Origin: Klebsormidium nitens
Lineage: Eukaryota > Plantae > Klebsormidiophyceae
NCBI GenBank assembly: GCA_000708835.1
Contig: DF236983.1
Coordinates: forward strand, 62,001 to 126,000
Length of the DNA stretch: 64,000 bases
Direction: 5' to 3'
In this document: positions 44,701 to 57,174 of the stretch, piece by piece
How positions within the stretch are numbered: position 1 is the stretch's first letter
How the letters are laid out: each line of letters opens with the position of its first letter
Position numbers and translations under genes: made by a program
The notes under the pieces: generated by a model
Databases searched by the model: none
What the model saw: the letters and a program-made list of their open reading frames with translations, nothing else
Told to the model about the DNA's origin: nothing

Positions 44701-47700
44701 GAAGCAAAGCGGAAAGGAAAACGTGCAGCGACACTACTCGGGTAAGTCGCCCCTGGAATGCGGTGCGTCTGGGTCACAGGCCAGAGCTAGACTTTTAACT
44801 TGGTCAGGACCATTTTCCTGCGGTCCATATATGCATGTGCATCTTAGAATTTAATCGTAAGAAGCGCTTGACTTCTTATTGGTTCACTACCACAACAAGT
44901 TACCTTTTTCAAAATTGCTATTACTGTTTGCAGAGTTCTGGAAATTCATTCCCCCGACCGAGCCCTACCGAGTCCTCCTGTCGGAGGTCCGCGATAAGCT
45001 GTACTACACACGAGAGCACTTCCAGGCACAGTTGGAAGGGCGGCAGTCATACACGGACGAGGCCGAGCTTGTCTTGCGCACCGATGACGTAAGCAGAAGA
45101 CAGACTGTGGTGCTTCCTTTCAGGCCGACTGCGAAGTAATTTGCACCGTAGGCTGCATGCTGCGTTGGACAGAGTGCTTCATCATGAAGAGGCCTTCAAA
45201 GTACCGACACGAGTTTCATGTGCACCGTGTTATGCTTTGCAGTTGCTGGACACTCTGAAGGTCTGCTACGACTCCCTCTGTGCCACTGGGGACAAGGCCA
45301 TCGCTGACGGACGTCTTCTAGACGTTATGCGCCAGGTGGGTTTAACTTCCTTGGAGACACGTTCCTGCTCCATGAAAGCGAGGATCTGATGGCCGGTATC
45401 CGAAAGCGTGCATGACATTCATCGCTGAACTGGTCGCAACCCATATTGTCCCTTTTCATGAAGGCACAACCACGAGTTAGTACCAATTCAGGATTCTCAA
45501 GCAAAAGTGTTGAACTGCATAAGTTGGTCTTTCTCGGACCCCTGATTGCTCTCCCGGCTTGCTTCCGCTTACCCGTCGAGAGACATTTGGCCAATTCTAA
45601 TTCCAGAGGTTTTTATGAACCCCAGGTCCAGGCATTCGGTATGTCCCTGGTGAAGTTGGACATCCGCCAGGAATCCGAGCGCCACACGGACGCCATCGAT
45701 GCCATCACGACGTACCTGGGCATCGGTTCGTACAAGTCATGGTCTGAGGAAGACAAGCAGGCCTGGCTGCTCAAGGAGCTGCAGGGGAAGCGGCCCCTGT
45801 TTGGGGCGGACCTAGAGACGAGCGACGAAGTGAAGGAGGTGCTCGACACGTTCCGCGTGATTGGCGAGTTTCCAACCGAGTCGTTTGGGGCGTACGTCAT
45901 CTCCATGGTGAGTTGTGGACCGTGCTCGTTGTGGCAAAGAGTCAAGAGGAAAGGTCGCAAACGAATTCGAAATACGAGGAAAGACGCTGAGGACCAATCA
46001 TCATCCTTCAAAAGAAACAACGTGTACATAGGTTCTGGACATGAGGGAAGAAGTGCGAAGGACAAATATTCTACTTCGCGAAGGGCTTTCAGGCCCAATT
46101 TTGCATTAGCCTATAGGGACGCGTTCGTGTTTGGGTCGGGCTTCAGAATTATCCGAGTATCATCCGTCTATTTCTAGCGAAACCTCCCGGTCCGTTTCTC
46201 CACCACCTTGACGCCCTGCCGCGGCGGCCGTGCAGGCGACCTCGCCTTCGGACGTCCTCTCCGTCGAGCTCCTGCAGCGCGAGTGCGGTGTCAAGACGCC
46301 GCTGCGCGTGGTGCCCCTCTTCGAGAAGCTGGCCGATCTCCAGGGCGCCCCTGCGGCCGTCGAACGGCTCTTCTCGGTGGACTGGTACCGCAAGCGCATC
46401 GACGGGAAGCAGGAGGTCATGATTGGCTACTCGGACTCTGGCAAGGATGCCGGGCGGCTGTCCGCGGCCTGGCAGGTGTACGTTGCACAGGAGGACCTGG
46501 CCAAGGTGGCCGCCAAGTATGACGTCAGGCTGACGTTGTTCCACGGCCGAGGCGGGACGGTCGGCAGAGGAGGGGGGCCCACGCATCTTGCCATCCTGTC
46601 CCAGCCGCCAGGTAAGCGTGCAGTGGTCGACCCCTTTGAATCGAAGATGCATCCTGCTCCTTCAGTCTGCTGCCTCTACCTCACCAACATTTTCTTCCCA
46701 AGCCTGCTCGCTCCACCGGTCAGGTGTCCGGTGTCTATTGAGGATCCCTTCGGTGTTCGACTGTTGCCTCCGGTGTTTCCATCTTTTGTGTGCTTCTCAG
46801 ACTCACGTCCCCTCCCCCGACTGACGCCTCCCATTGTTTGCCAGGCACCATCAACGGCTCGCTGCGCCTGACCGTTCAGGGCGAGGTCATCGAGCAGTCC
46901 TTCGGCGAGAAGAACCTGTGCTTCCGCACCCTCGAGCGTTTCACATCCGCCACGCTGGAGCACAGCCTGCACCCCCCCATCTCGCCCAAGCCCGAGTGGC
47001 GTGCGCTGATGAACGAGCTTGCCGCCACGTCCGTTGTTGAGTACCGCGAGGTTGTCTTCAAGACGCCCCGCTTCGTGGAGTACTTCCGCTCGGTAAGGCC
47101 GCCGTTCGCTTATTACCTCTTAATGGACTTCAACCCCTGAGCAGTGCACCGTGCTGTCGAGATTTACCTTACAATAAGATTCTCGTCTAATATCTCTTTG
47201 CTCTTGCGGCGGCTTGTCACTTTGGGGCTCTCTTTCTGTTCTGACAACCCCTGAGGATATAGACTTTGGTCGTGCCGCTGATGTCGTCGCTGGGTAATCT
47301 CTCTGCTGCGGAATGGAAGCTATCATTTGCGAATCGCCATTTAGAGACTGTATGAAGGAAGCTGTCATTTCTGAATGGCCGTCTCGTGACTTTTGAACGC
47401 TTGTTGGGCTTCGAAAAACCTCGGCAAGGCACGCCACGGGTGTGATGCAAAGACTGAGGAGATGCAACAAGAGTCTCTGTTGAACTTTGCAATTGATCTA
47501 AAGTGTTCTCCTCTTAGGCGACACCCGAGCTGGAGTACGGGCGTATGAACATTGGCAGCCGGCCAGCCAAGCGGAAGCCGTCTGGCGGCATTGAGTCGCT
47601 TCGGGCCATTCCCTGGATCTTTGCGTGGACACAGACGCGCTTCCACCTCCCCGTCTGGCTTGGGATCGGTGAGTTGCAATTTGTCCGTCGTCAATTTTGG

Positions 47701-50305
47701 TGATTAATATTCCAAGAACGATCATATGGACTCACATTGCCGAGCACATGCTTCGAGTTTTGCCTCGCCCTGTTGCAGGGGTACCTCACGAATTGGAGCG
47801 TGCGGCCATGAGGTTCACTTCGTATCCGTAAAGGTAGCTTTACTGATATTAGACCTAGAGTCAGAAAGGAATAGAGAATCCCAGTGACCAGATGTGCTGT
47901 CACCCGTAAGCATCCGCGCACTTCCAGCACACTTGCTCCGTCGGCAATGAGCTACCTGAGAACGAAACAAGGGTCGAAGTACTGTAACTTTCCTGTCCCC
48001 TGTTTCGTTTCCACCATTCCACTGGTATTTCGGTGTGTGAAAGTCCTCTGATGTACAGCAGCTACGATTTCCCGCAAAACGGATCCCGTCTCCCTTCTCT
48101 GCTAGGTGGCGCAATCAAGCAGTCCCTGGAGAAGAACCCCGACAACCTGGCGCTGATGCGATCCATGTACAACGAGTGGCCCTTCTTCCAGGTCACCATC
48201 GACCTTATCGAGATGGTCTTTGCGAAGGCGGACCCGCGCGTTGCTGAAATGTACGACAGGCTCCTGGTGAGTATTCCCGACTGCACGAACTTTTCCTGTG
48301 CGAGATGTCTTCCTCGTTCATGTCGGCGCTTTCAAGCCATATTCTTGGAAAGGAGAAACTTTGAATGAAAGCGATGGAAGAGGAAGCAAATTGCTCTTCA
48401 AGAACCCTGACTCTGGCAAGTTGGGCAGCCTCGTCCATTCATTTGTCGTTGGCAACGATGTATTGGCTGCAGATGTTGCGATTATTACAGACGCATGGAA
48501 AGCTGAAATCTGCAAGACTTTTATGTCCAGGTGAACTCCGAGCTGCAGCCGTTTGGGGAGGAGCTGCGGAACAAGTTCAGGGAGACAAAGGACTTTCTCC
48601 TCAAGGTGAGCTTTTGATCCGCTTTCTGATTACGCCATTCACTTTCAATAAGCTCGTGCGCAATTGCTGGCGAATTCCTGAGCCTCGCCATCTCTTTCCC
48701 TTGCTGATCTCTGACAAAGCCCTGTTTTTCTGAACGTCTGCAACTTCGACGTCTGCTGCATAATTTAGACACGAAGAAAAAACCAAAAAGACCCAGACGA
48801 CTTCGCATGTGGACTGGTCAACATTCCTGCCTAGTCAACCTAAAGTATTCGCGTTACTCACACGAGCCTTGTATAGGTTCAGCAGGACACAAACGATGTT
48901 CTGTACGCCAATCGAACGGTTGCTTCATACATACATACATCGCCCATACAGCTAAGCGATGACGGTGCCAGTGTCTGTCTTTTGCGCACGTTGGTCAACT
49001 CTCGGATTTGGCATGAATACCTCGCCTAGAGTCCAGTGAGGGGGACATCCTTGAAGCACAAGGTTAAACGAGCCCGCCAACATGACTGGTTGGCATTTTG
49101 CGGCTGTTTGCAGATTGCGGGGCACAACTTCGTTCTGCAGCACAACCCGCAGCTGTTCCAGAGGCTGATCATCCGCGATGTGAGTCGCCCGTTGCGCAAG
49201 CCTCACCCCAATATCTGCCCGACTGGAGCTCTCTCTTCAAGCTTCGCGGTTCTAATCTGCCCTGCATGCATCTTCTTTGAGAAGCAAACTGAACAGTGCC
49301 AGTGGTACGCTCCTCTTGACACCGAAAATCGTCGAGAAGGACCCAGATTTGTCACGGTCTGCTGGCGGCAGTGAGTTCTCGGAATGGGTGGGCGCGAAAC
49401 CCTTGTCAGAGACGTTGTTCGTCAGGTCCGAAGCCCCACTGACCGTGACAACGTAGAGGGCTTGTTTACGTTCACCAACCTGACGAGTCCGACTTGGAGA
49501 GGCCAGATTCTGGAACAATTACTAATGATGTTGCGGCCTTACCTCGGTCAACCTTACCTTTCCACGTCCCTGTTTGGACCTCAAGAGTTTCGATTGTTTA
49601 GCACCAGAATCTATTTTTACTCAACCTAACCCAATCTGGTTAACCCGCTCCTTCCAGCCCTGGATCACGTGCCTCAACGTTCAGCAAGCGTACTGTCTCA
49701 AGCACATGCGCGACCAGGGCCACCAGATGAGCGTCAAGAGCCCGCTCGCTACTGCCGTCAACCCCATCTTTGGAACGGCAACGGCCCCGCCCAAGAAGTC
49801 CGACGAGCTGTTGCAGCTGAATCAGACCACCGAGTTTGCCCCGGGGCTCGAGGGTAGGTTTTCGTCCTTGAGAATGGCCGCAATCTTGTTGACTTCTGCT
49901 CTACATTCGGCCGGAGATAACGTCGTAGCGGAGCAGATTGATAGTGCATGATCCTTCAGACGTGTCGGGTGCCAAGCCGATGTTGGATTGGAATCCGAAG
50001 CTTAATGCGACAGAGAGCCATTTGGAATGTCTACTGCGTCCATCTTCGGCTGGCCTTTTGAGAGAACAATTGCGTCTCAGGTAGCAGCGGCAGACATATT
50101 GCAATACTGCTTTGGGAATCTGAGACACTTTCGAACCAGTTCTGCTCGAGACCATGCGCTTCTTGGTGCATCCTAGTCACGCTGCAGTGGATTTCCAAGT
50201 GCTCGCTGCTCCCCAGCCTGCATCATTTTAACCGCTTTCTTCCCTGCAGATTGCCTCATCCTCAGCATGAAGGGCATTGCTGCCGGGTTGCAGAACACGG
50301 GTTAG
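41774..50305 (+). CDS. PPC: Phosphoenolpyruvate carboxylase, plant-type (C-terminal QNTG); start at ATG 41774 or 41864
   Basis: Multi-exon. Motifs: [78 protein letters not shown], final exon 50250-50305 [16 protein letters not shown]. Confidence 0.97.
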
Positions 50306-51703
50306 GCAAGAGGGTGTCTCACGGGGAAATGGAGTGGGGCCGGAGAGGAAGGAAGGTCTCCCCGGATGCTCCCTCCCTCAATATACTATTTTACACTTAC
50401 TGCTTCGGTGGCCTGTATATACATATGGGTTCAATACCAATTTGTTTGTGCACGGTTCGAAATTTAGCGTAGTCCAGCTTGGGAAGACGCTGTGTTAGAC
50501 ATTCGCTGTTGTAAGAAACCATACAAGGTACCTAATCTGCTTGATGTTTGCTAAATGCAGCAAACAGTGTTCAATGCTTATTTTAACATAAACGGTGCAA
50601 TGGAAAAATGCCAGAAGAAAAGTATTTGCAATCAGTGTGCATGGCTTGTCCAATTTGTGGCTGAGGCCAATCGATGTGTCGCATACACCTTGAAGCATGT
50701 GCAAACATTGTTGTCGGGAAGGCCCTATTGGTGCTTGCGTGCATGTGCATGACTTTCACTTTTCGATTTGTTCGGTCTTGACAACAGTGTTCTTTTCAAG
50801 CAAAAGGCCGTATACACTAGGGCCCCTGCGACATGCATGCATGCAAATTCGACAAGCATGCGGCCACTCAGATCGATCCTGGTTCTGATGGCCCAAAGGC
50901 ACATGTGCGCGACCGCATAACATCGCGATCACGCGTATGGACCTGCGCCATGGACCATGCGCGCGCATCGAAGTAAACTTTGCAGTGACTTCGCACTCTA
51001 CCGTAAACGTTGTAGCAATATCATTGGTGTTAAAAAACCTGCAACAAAGGTCTGATAGCCCGAAATTACCTGCGTGGTAGGAAGCGACCATAGACGTGTG
51101 TTAACAAAGGACGACTCCCTGGACTAGCTTGCAGGGAAGTTCTCCTAGTTCCCGACGGACTAGCTCGAAGTTGCGTTTCGATGTGGGCCCCGGTCAAATC
51201 GTCATTGCGTGCGTTTCGACTCTCTTGCTACACACCCTCTCCCCCGGCTTCCTCAAATGGTTTCAACAAGCGGACAGGAGTTGGCCCGAACAAGCGCCGC
51301 GTCCGAAACATGACGGCATCAGCACTTGCAAAGCGATCGAGGCTCGAGTGCAATGCAGAGACTACATGCCAACTAGCCAGGCCAACTGCACTACCGGTCC
51401 TCCATGGACCTCTCCCCCAGATAAGTTCAGCGCAGCCGGTGCGCAGTGTCTTGGTTTCGGACGCCGTGTGTACGGTATGGTCCTTCAGCGTTCCTCCGTC
51501 GGAACCTTCGGCGTCCGAAACCCCTCAACCCTCATCAGCTGCCTGGCAGGCCGGCGCCGGGCGCTTTCGCGATACACGCGGCCGCGGCAAGCCATGACCT
51601 GCTTTCTTTAGTTACAGACGCCTCGAAGCAGCAACTTGAAGGACTCCAAGTAAAAAGCAGCGGGTGTACTTGACGGATCCCCGGTCCAAAGCGTCCGCAC
51701 TTG

Positions 51704-51944
51704 AGAGTATCGGCCCTTATTCCGGAATTCTGCAATTCCGGACGGGTAAAGCAAAAACCTTATTCCGAACCTAACAAGCAGTTTACCGAGCACGCTGGGA
51801 CTTTCACCTGTTCCGAGTCCGGATGGTATGAACGCAATCCAGGAAACTGTGTGTCAACTTACCGACTGAATCTGTTATGTCCGAAATAAGGTCTTTGCTT
51901 TACCCGTCCGGAATGCAAAATTCCGGAATTAGGGCCGATACTCT
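51704..51944. mobile_element. MITE-like element, 241 bp, with ~65-85 bp terminal inverted repeats
   Basis: Left AGAGTATCGGCCCTTATTCCGGAATTCTGCAATTCCGGACGGGTAAAGCAAAAACCTTATT versus reverse complement of right AGAGTATCGGCCCTAATTCCGGAATTTTGCATTCCGGACGGGTAAAGCAAAGACCTTATT; no coding capacity. Confidence 0.85.
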
Positions 51945-52024
51945 TGTATTCTTGTAATATTAGGTTGGACACGCGAGGGAAAAGTCTTGGAACCTGCGTC
52001 CTTGTTCAGTGTGCCTGGCGAAGG

Positions 52025-52602
52025 ATGATGCAGGACCTTCCGGGCAACGTGCTTCAGGTAATCCTCCACATGCACTACAGAACCCGTATGCCCTGGTCGC
52101 CGCCACGTGCTTCTGCAAAACCTCTCGCCGCGCACCCGCGGAAAACCCGGGCGTCTGGAAGTAAGCGTTTTACGGCGCAGGGACTGGGAGAGGCGAAGAG
52201 CCGCTCAAAGACCATTGCGCGGAGCAGAGCGCACATTGGAGGCGGAGGTTGAGCACTTGGGGGGCTACCGTTAACATAGGCGAACGCATCTCTGAAAACG
52301 ACGGAAAGTGAATATCATCTTCTGTGAGGAGCATGAATCTTTCTTTCGGAGGTCGATTCAGGCTGGCGGCGTCACTACTAAAGACACCAAATAGATCACG
52401 AGAAGTACGTTGCCCGGAGTTCCAGCTGTTCCTGGGGCCGAAATTACGTCTCGGGCCGGGGGCCGAGGCCCAGTATATCGATCATCATGTGGCAGCCGTT
52501 CCATTGAGATATGATAGCATCGGCCGATTGAAAAAAGAAATCCTCGATGAGCTGCGGACGCTCTCTTTAGCGAACATGGCTCGTTTACTTCTAGAGTATT
52601 GA
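52025..52602 (+). pseudogene. F-box pseudogene fragment
   Basis: MMQDLPGNVLQVILHM, then after a 1-nt frameshift near 52073 LQNPYALVAATCFCKTSRRAPAENPGVWK*AFYG (F-box consensus spacing). In-frame stops TAA 52162 and TGA 52309; the same frame continues into the 52324-52602 ORF. Confidence 0.6.
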
Positions 52603-53010
52603 TCACTGTACTATATTCTGTTTAAGACGTAAACGCACACTTTAGCAACCATAACGCATCTAGGCTACTCACATATTGATCGGCCAGTGCTCCTTGACTG
52701 AAACACGACTTTCTACACTAAGAAAAAAGTTAGCCCCGGCCACCCTTCCGTCAACCCTCAAACCTGCCAATGCCGCCTTGCCTGCAAAGCTAAGCTGCAA
52801 GTTGTCTATAGCTCCGGCTCTAAGCAAACCAATCCTCGAGAATATGTGTATCCAACGCACTCACTCATAGCACTTCGTAGCAAACAATCTCACAAAGTTT
52901 TCAAGACTAGCCTAAGCACAACAAGGCAAGATATATAGATTACGCCTATCAAGGGTGGAACAAAAGCCGCCTGCTGCCAAAATCACCCAGCCCAACCCCA
53001 AGCCGCGCGC

Positions 53011-56000
53011 CTAGGGTCGTAGGATGGCCTCAATCGATTTGTACTCGAGATCGGGGTACAGTTCTGCGGTCGAGAGGTCGCCCTCCCGTTTCGGCTGAGT
53101 GTGGTCGCCGGAGATCCAAAACGCGTACCGCAGGCACGCGAAGAAGCTGACCTCCTCATTGGAATCTGCGACAAATGAAGAGGGCTTAATCAAGACAAAC
53201 TTCCGTTCACCCGCAATCGCAGGCTGTCAAACTAGTATGTGATGGAAACGAGCTTCTTCCAAGCTATGATCTGAACCCTTCAAACTAAGATTTTGCCTTG
53301 CTAAAAGACTAGTCACAAGGCAGATGGTTGGAACCGGAGTCAAGCGAAGTCGGAGTCGGAGGGCAGCTGTCGGCAGATCGGAACCCGCAAAAGACAAGAC
53401 GAGTAGCAGAGGCTCGCCCTCGACACTGTCGTATAAGAATCTGTGTTCGGTCCTGCAGGTCGGGCAGAATAGGCTACTCCTATCACAGATGCACTCACGG
53501 ATAACGCATTGCAGCCTACTTCGGTCACAGACAAGGAACTCCCTTTCACAAGCCAACGAGTCAGCTTCCCCAAGAGCTGCGTAGAAGTTGACAACTGCCT
53601 GGATCCACTCACTCTTGTACTCTTCTACGAGCATCTCCGCAGTTGCGTCCCGCTTCTTGTACGTCTTTCCCCGGAGCTTCTCGCAGAGGGCAATCAGCTC
53701 GCTCTGCGTGACTGCGTTTCTGGGCGGCTCCAAGCGCACCGTCTTGTTCGCCGCCCGGGGGTCGAGAGCCGCCTTGATGGTGTACCGCCCGATGTCGCCT
53801 TCGTCGACAGCGACGACTGCGAACAAGGGGAAGCGTACAAGAATGTTGCAGACTGACAATTTGATTGCGGAAGGTATTTGTCACCGTCCTGGACATCTTC
53901 TCCGTACCAGTTGCGTGGGACTCGGAAGGACAGCCTGATTGTCTAGGCTTGTCACCAGTCAGCGATCGTGAAAACAGCCGATGTTAAAAAATCCGATGCG
54001 ACCTCTTTCGCTGAGCGGAGCGCCTCCAAAGTGGCTCTCAAAAACTTTCAAGAATGAGGTCCGTATGTTTGACGATCAGCCGCTTCTCCTTGTTGACTCC
54101 TTTCCGCACTGTAAGGGATCGGTCATCAGCAACCAAGGAGCGGCCAGATTAGGTGACGAGGCCCATAACCACTGGAACGATACCTCGACGTCTTTCAGCC
54201 ATCTCCATCATAAGCAAAGAGACGACAGATAAAGGTGACAATAAACGATTTATTTTCACCTCTACATGCTATTGAGACTCTCTCTTTGGAAAGCCACTAG
54301 AGAAAGAGAAGGTCTGTTAAACACGCGCGGTCTGTGAAGAGCACCTACAACCACAAGACACGTTTGGCTCGAACAAGCACGAGAAGGGACCTCACTTTTC
54401 TTGTCGGTTCCATACACGTCGATTTCGTCATTCTGCATTGGCATCTGCCGGCCCAGAGCCATCTCGGCATAGGCACCAAACAGGTTTGCCCAGATGAACG
54501 TATACGGAATCCCCGATTTGTTGGCCGCCTCTGCTGTCGGCTCCTTGAGAGTGAACCGGGGATGAACGTCTCCAAATGCGGCGATGGTCTCCTTGCTGCG
54601 GACACCAAAAAAATGCACTTGTTTTAAGTTCCTTGATAGTCCCTGAGCAGCTTGGTCCACGTCATTCCCTTTTCGATTCCCCTTGCAAAAGGGCGATGGT
54701 TTTCAAAGTCCCTAGACCAAGTGAAGGAAATGAGAGCCTCAGCACAAGTTTGACAACAAGGATGCGCTCTCTGGAAGAAGAAAGCGCTGAGCGTAGTAAG
54801 ACTGTCGGAGAGTTCATGCCCTGACCTCAACTTCACGATCACCTACGTGAGTCCTAAAAGGCAATGACTGTGCACTCAAGAAAACCATCCTGTACTAACC
54901 ACATTGGAAGGCAAGAGCGCGCCGTTGCAATCAAGAAGTTAATCCAGGCATCGCCTGTCGGTGTGAACTTGCCGTTGTCTTTTCGGCGGGAAAGCAGGCT
55001 GAAGAGTGTCGTCCTTGAGCTGCTGGTGATCGAGCAGACACATACGCCCAGAAAAAGTCGGAACAGATTCTATGAGCGCTAGGAGGAGTTCAGTGACTTG
55101 TAGATTGACCTTCTCAGCTGTAGCACTTGATGCATACATAGTTTCTGAAGGCATGTTGCCTTAGGAAAGTGAAGCATTGAGCCCACTTCTCCAAAGCTGG
55201 TGCGCGGTCACCACTGCGATGTTGCTGCGATACTTCGATTCAGACCCCGACCTTACATGCTACTCATTATAGTAAGTGTCACTTTTCAATTGATTGACCG
55301 TAGAGACCCACCTGAGGGCGAAAGCAAAGTCGGACGGCAGGAAGCGTGTGATGGTCCCCGCTTCTTTCGCTGCCTCCAGAATCTTGGGCTGGTCGTTATG
55401 AGCGGAGAAGCCCACACAGGAGATGACTACAGTTACTCTCTTGAGGGCAGCCACCAGGCTGGCGTGGTCGTTGATGTCTCCCTGCAGGCGGATTCTTAGT
55501 TGCCCTTGGATAGGAGAGCAATACTCATTTCAAGAGAAGCACGTGAGCTCACTTGGATTCGAGACTGAAGTATCGCAGCGCTGTATCACAGTAGTTCCAA
55601 CGATGCAGAGGCTTTGGAAAGGATTGCTGGATGCTGGTGAGTTCTTTTGAGGGGAAAGTGAAGCTGGCTTGCCAAAGAAGCGCTGGCCTGTTGAACATAC
55701 GATTTTCTTTTTAAAAGTCGAGCTGACTGTGAGCAAGTGTTCGCCCGACAATGAAGTCCTACTGTAGGCTTCAACAGCGTTTGTTTCGGATGTCTTACAA
55801 GGCTCATCGGCAGTCAGAGGGGCCACTAACCTCCCCATAGCAGGTCAGACTAAGGCAAGTTCTCCGGAGCTGCTTTCAGTTGTGCCCCTTCTTGACTGAC
55901 TGTGCATATTTGTGCAGTACCTATTCTGTGCCTTTTCTTGTCACAGCTGACCTCATTCTCATACACATATTCTTCTGTCCTGATGTGAGCTCCGAGAAAA

Positions 56001-56337
56001 CGACCTGCACTCAGGACAGTGTGCAGTGCAAAAGTACACCAATATTCCCCCTCATAATCGCCAACCACAGGAGTTTCAATCCTATAACTTATTTGTTTTC
56101 CAGCTCATGCTCGGCAACCACACAAGTTTCGAACCAGCTTTCCCAGCTCACCTCCAGGAACTGAATCCCTGCGCTGCGCAGTTTTTGCAGCACCTCAGCT
56201 CTCTCAGGCTTGGCCTGTGTGGCTTTGCTGACAAGGGCATATGCCTTCACGCCAGATTCCGCTGCCGCCGCCAGGGCCACAAACTTCCCAATGTACCCGG
56301 TAGATCCCAGTATCAGGACTCCAGTTTCTACCGCCAT
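53011..56337 (-). CDS. NmrA-like / isoflavone reductase-like (PIP family) NADPH-dependent reductase, ~304 aa
   Basis: Exons (minus) 56337-56152, 55481-55312, 54595-54396, 53816-53613, 53165-53011 total 915 nt in frame. Motifs: ILGSTGYIG, GDINDHASLVAALKRVTVVIS, RFLPSDF, GIPYT, DEGDIGRYTIKAALDPRAANK, ELYPDLEY. Confidence 0.9.
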
Positions 56338-57095
56338 GGTTGCTGGCAGGGTCGGTTCGCTTCTTAGATCTTCCTCAGTTCAGATGGCGGTTCAATGGCT
56401 CAGTCGCATTGAGGAAGGGGCGCAAACTGACCTGCTTTAAATACTTCAAAATCCGCTCGGATCAGTAGGTATCCAGAGGTGGGCTTCATCCAGTGCTGGT
56501 TTTATCAGGAGGATATGTCTGACAGGACGTCTACGGGAACTGGTCTGCACCCGATCGGGTGATCATTTGCAGGACTGCATGCAGCCCAGACGTTGACTGC
56601 ATGCAGAAGTGAAAACCAGTCTAGCGGATCATGCATGCAGCGGGGAGGAGGCATAGAAGAAAGATGAGGATCCCTCTTTCTGTCTTCGGTGCGAATGAAG
56701 GCTGGAAGAAGCCTGGAGGCCCAAATTACTGAAAGCACATCGGTACACTGCTTTTGAAGTTCTTCCTGTGAAGTTATACTACCTACAGCAACTTCATTCC
56801 AAAGAATCTCAGAAAACGGGCCTACCAACTCTTGTCCTGCAGCGTCAGGTTATGATGGCTACTGCATACTACAGTATTAGCATGCCTGCTCTCATGCAGA
56901 CGGATTCGCATTGTGGACCATGAGTCTGTATAGATCTTGGGCGCGCGCTGGGCGGCGCCGGCGCCTTCGGCGCGGCCGCTGTGAAGCGGGGGGATCATCC
57001 TTTTCGCCACATGGGTTTGCAAGGGTTCTGATCATTCGGGCGGCCTCAGCGCGGCCGCGTGGCATCAAAACAATAGAGTTGCATGCGTTGGATCG

Positions 57096-57104
57096 AAACC
57101 CTAA
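57096..57104 (+). promoter_or_regulatory. Telo-box-like motif AAACCCTAA ~70 bp upstream of the putative ribokinase start, in a divergent promoter
   Basis: Exact match to the plant telo-box; position fits, but a single short motif. Confidence 0.3.
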
Positions 57105-57174
57105 TCAGAGCAACTGTCCCATGGCCCTGGGCGCCCTCTCGGAAAGTTACATAAAGCAATGGCTCTAGAAGATT

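Noticed and set aside
51129-51673. Overlapping 138-160 aa ORFs upstream of the MITE
   Set aside because: No domain-like signal or consistent splice structure in any frame.
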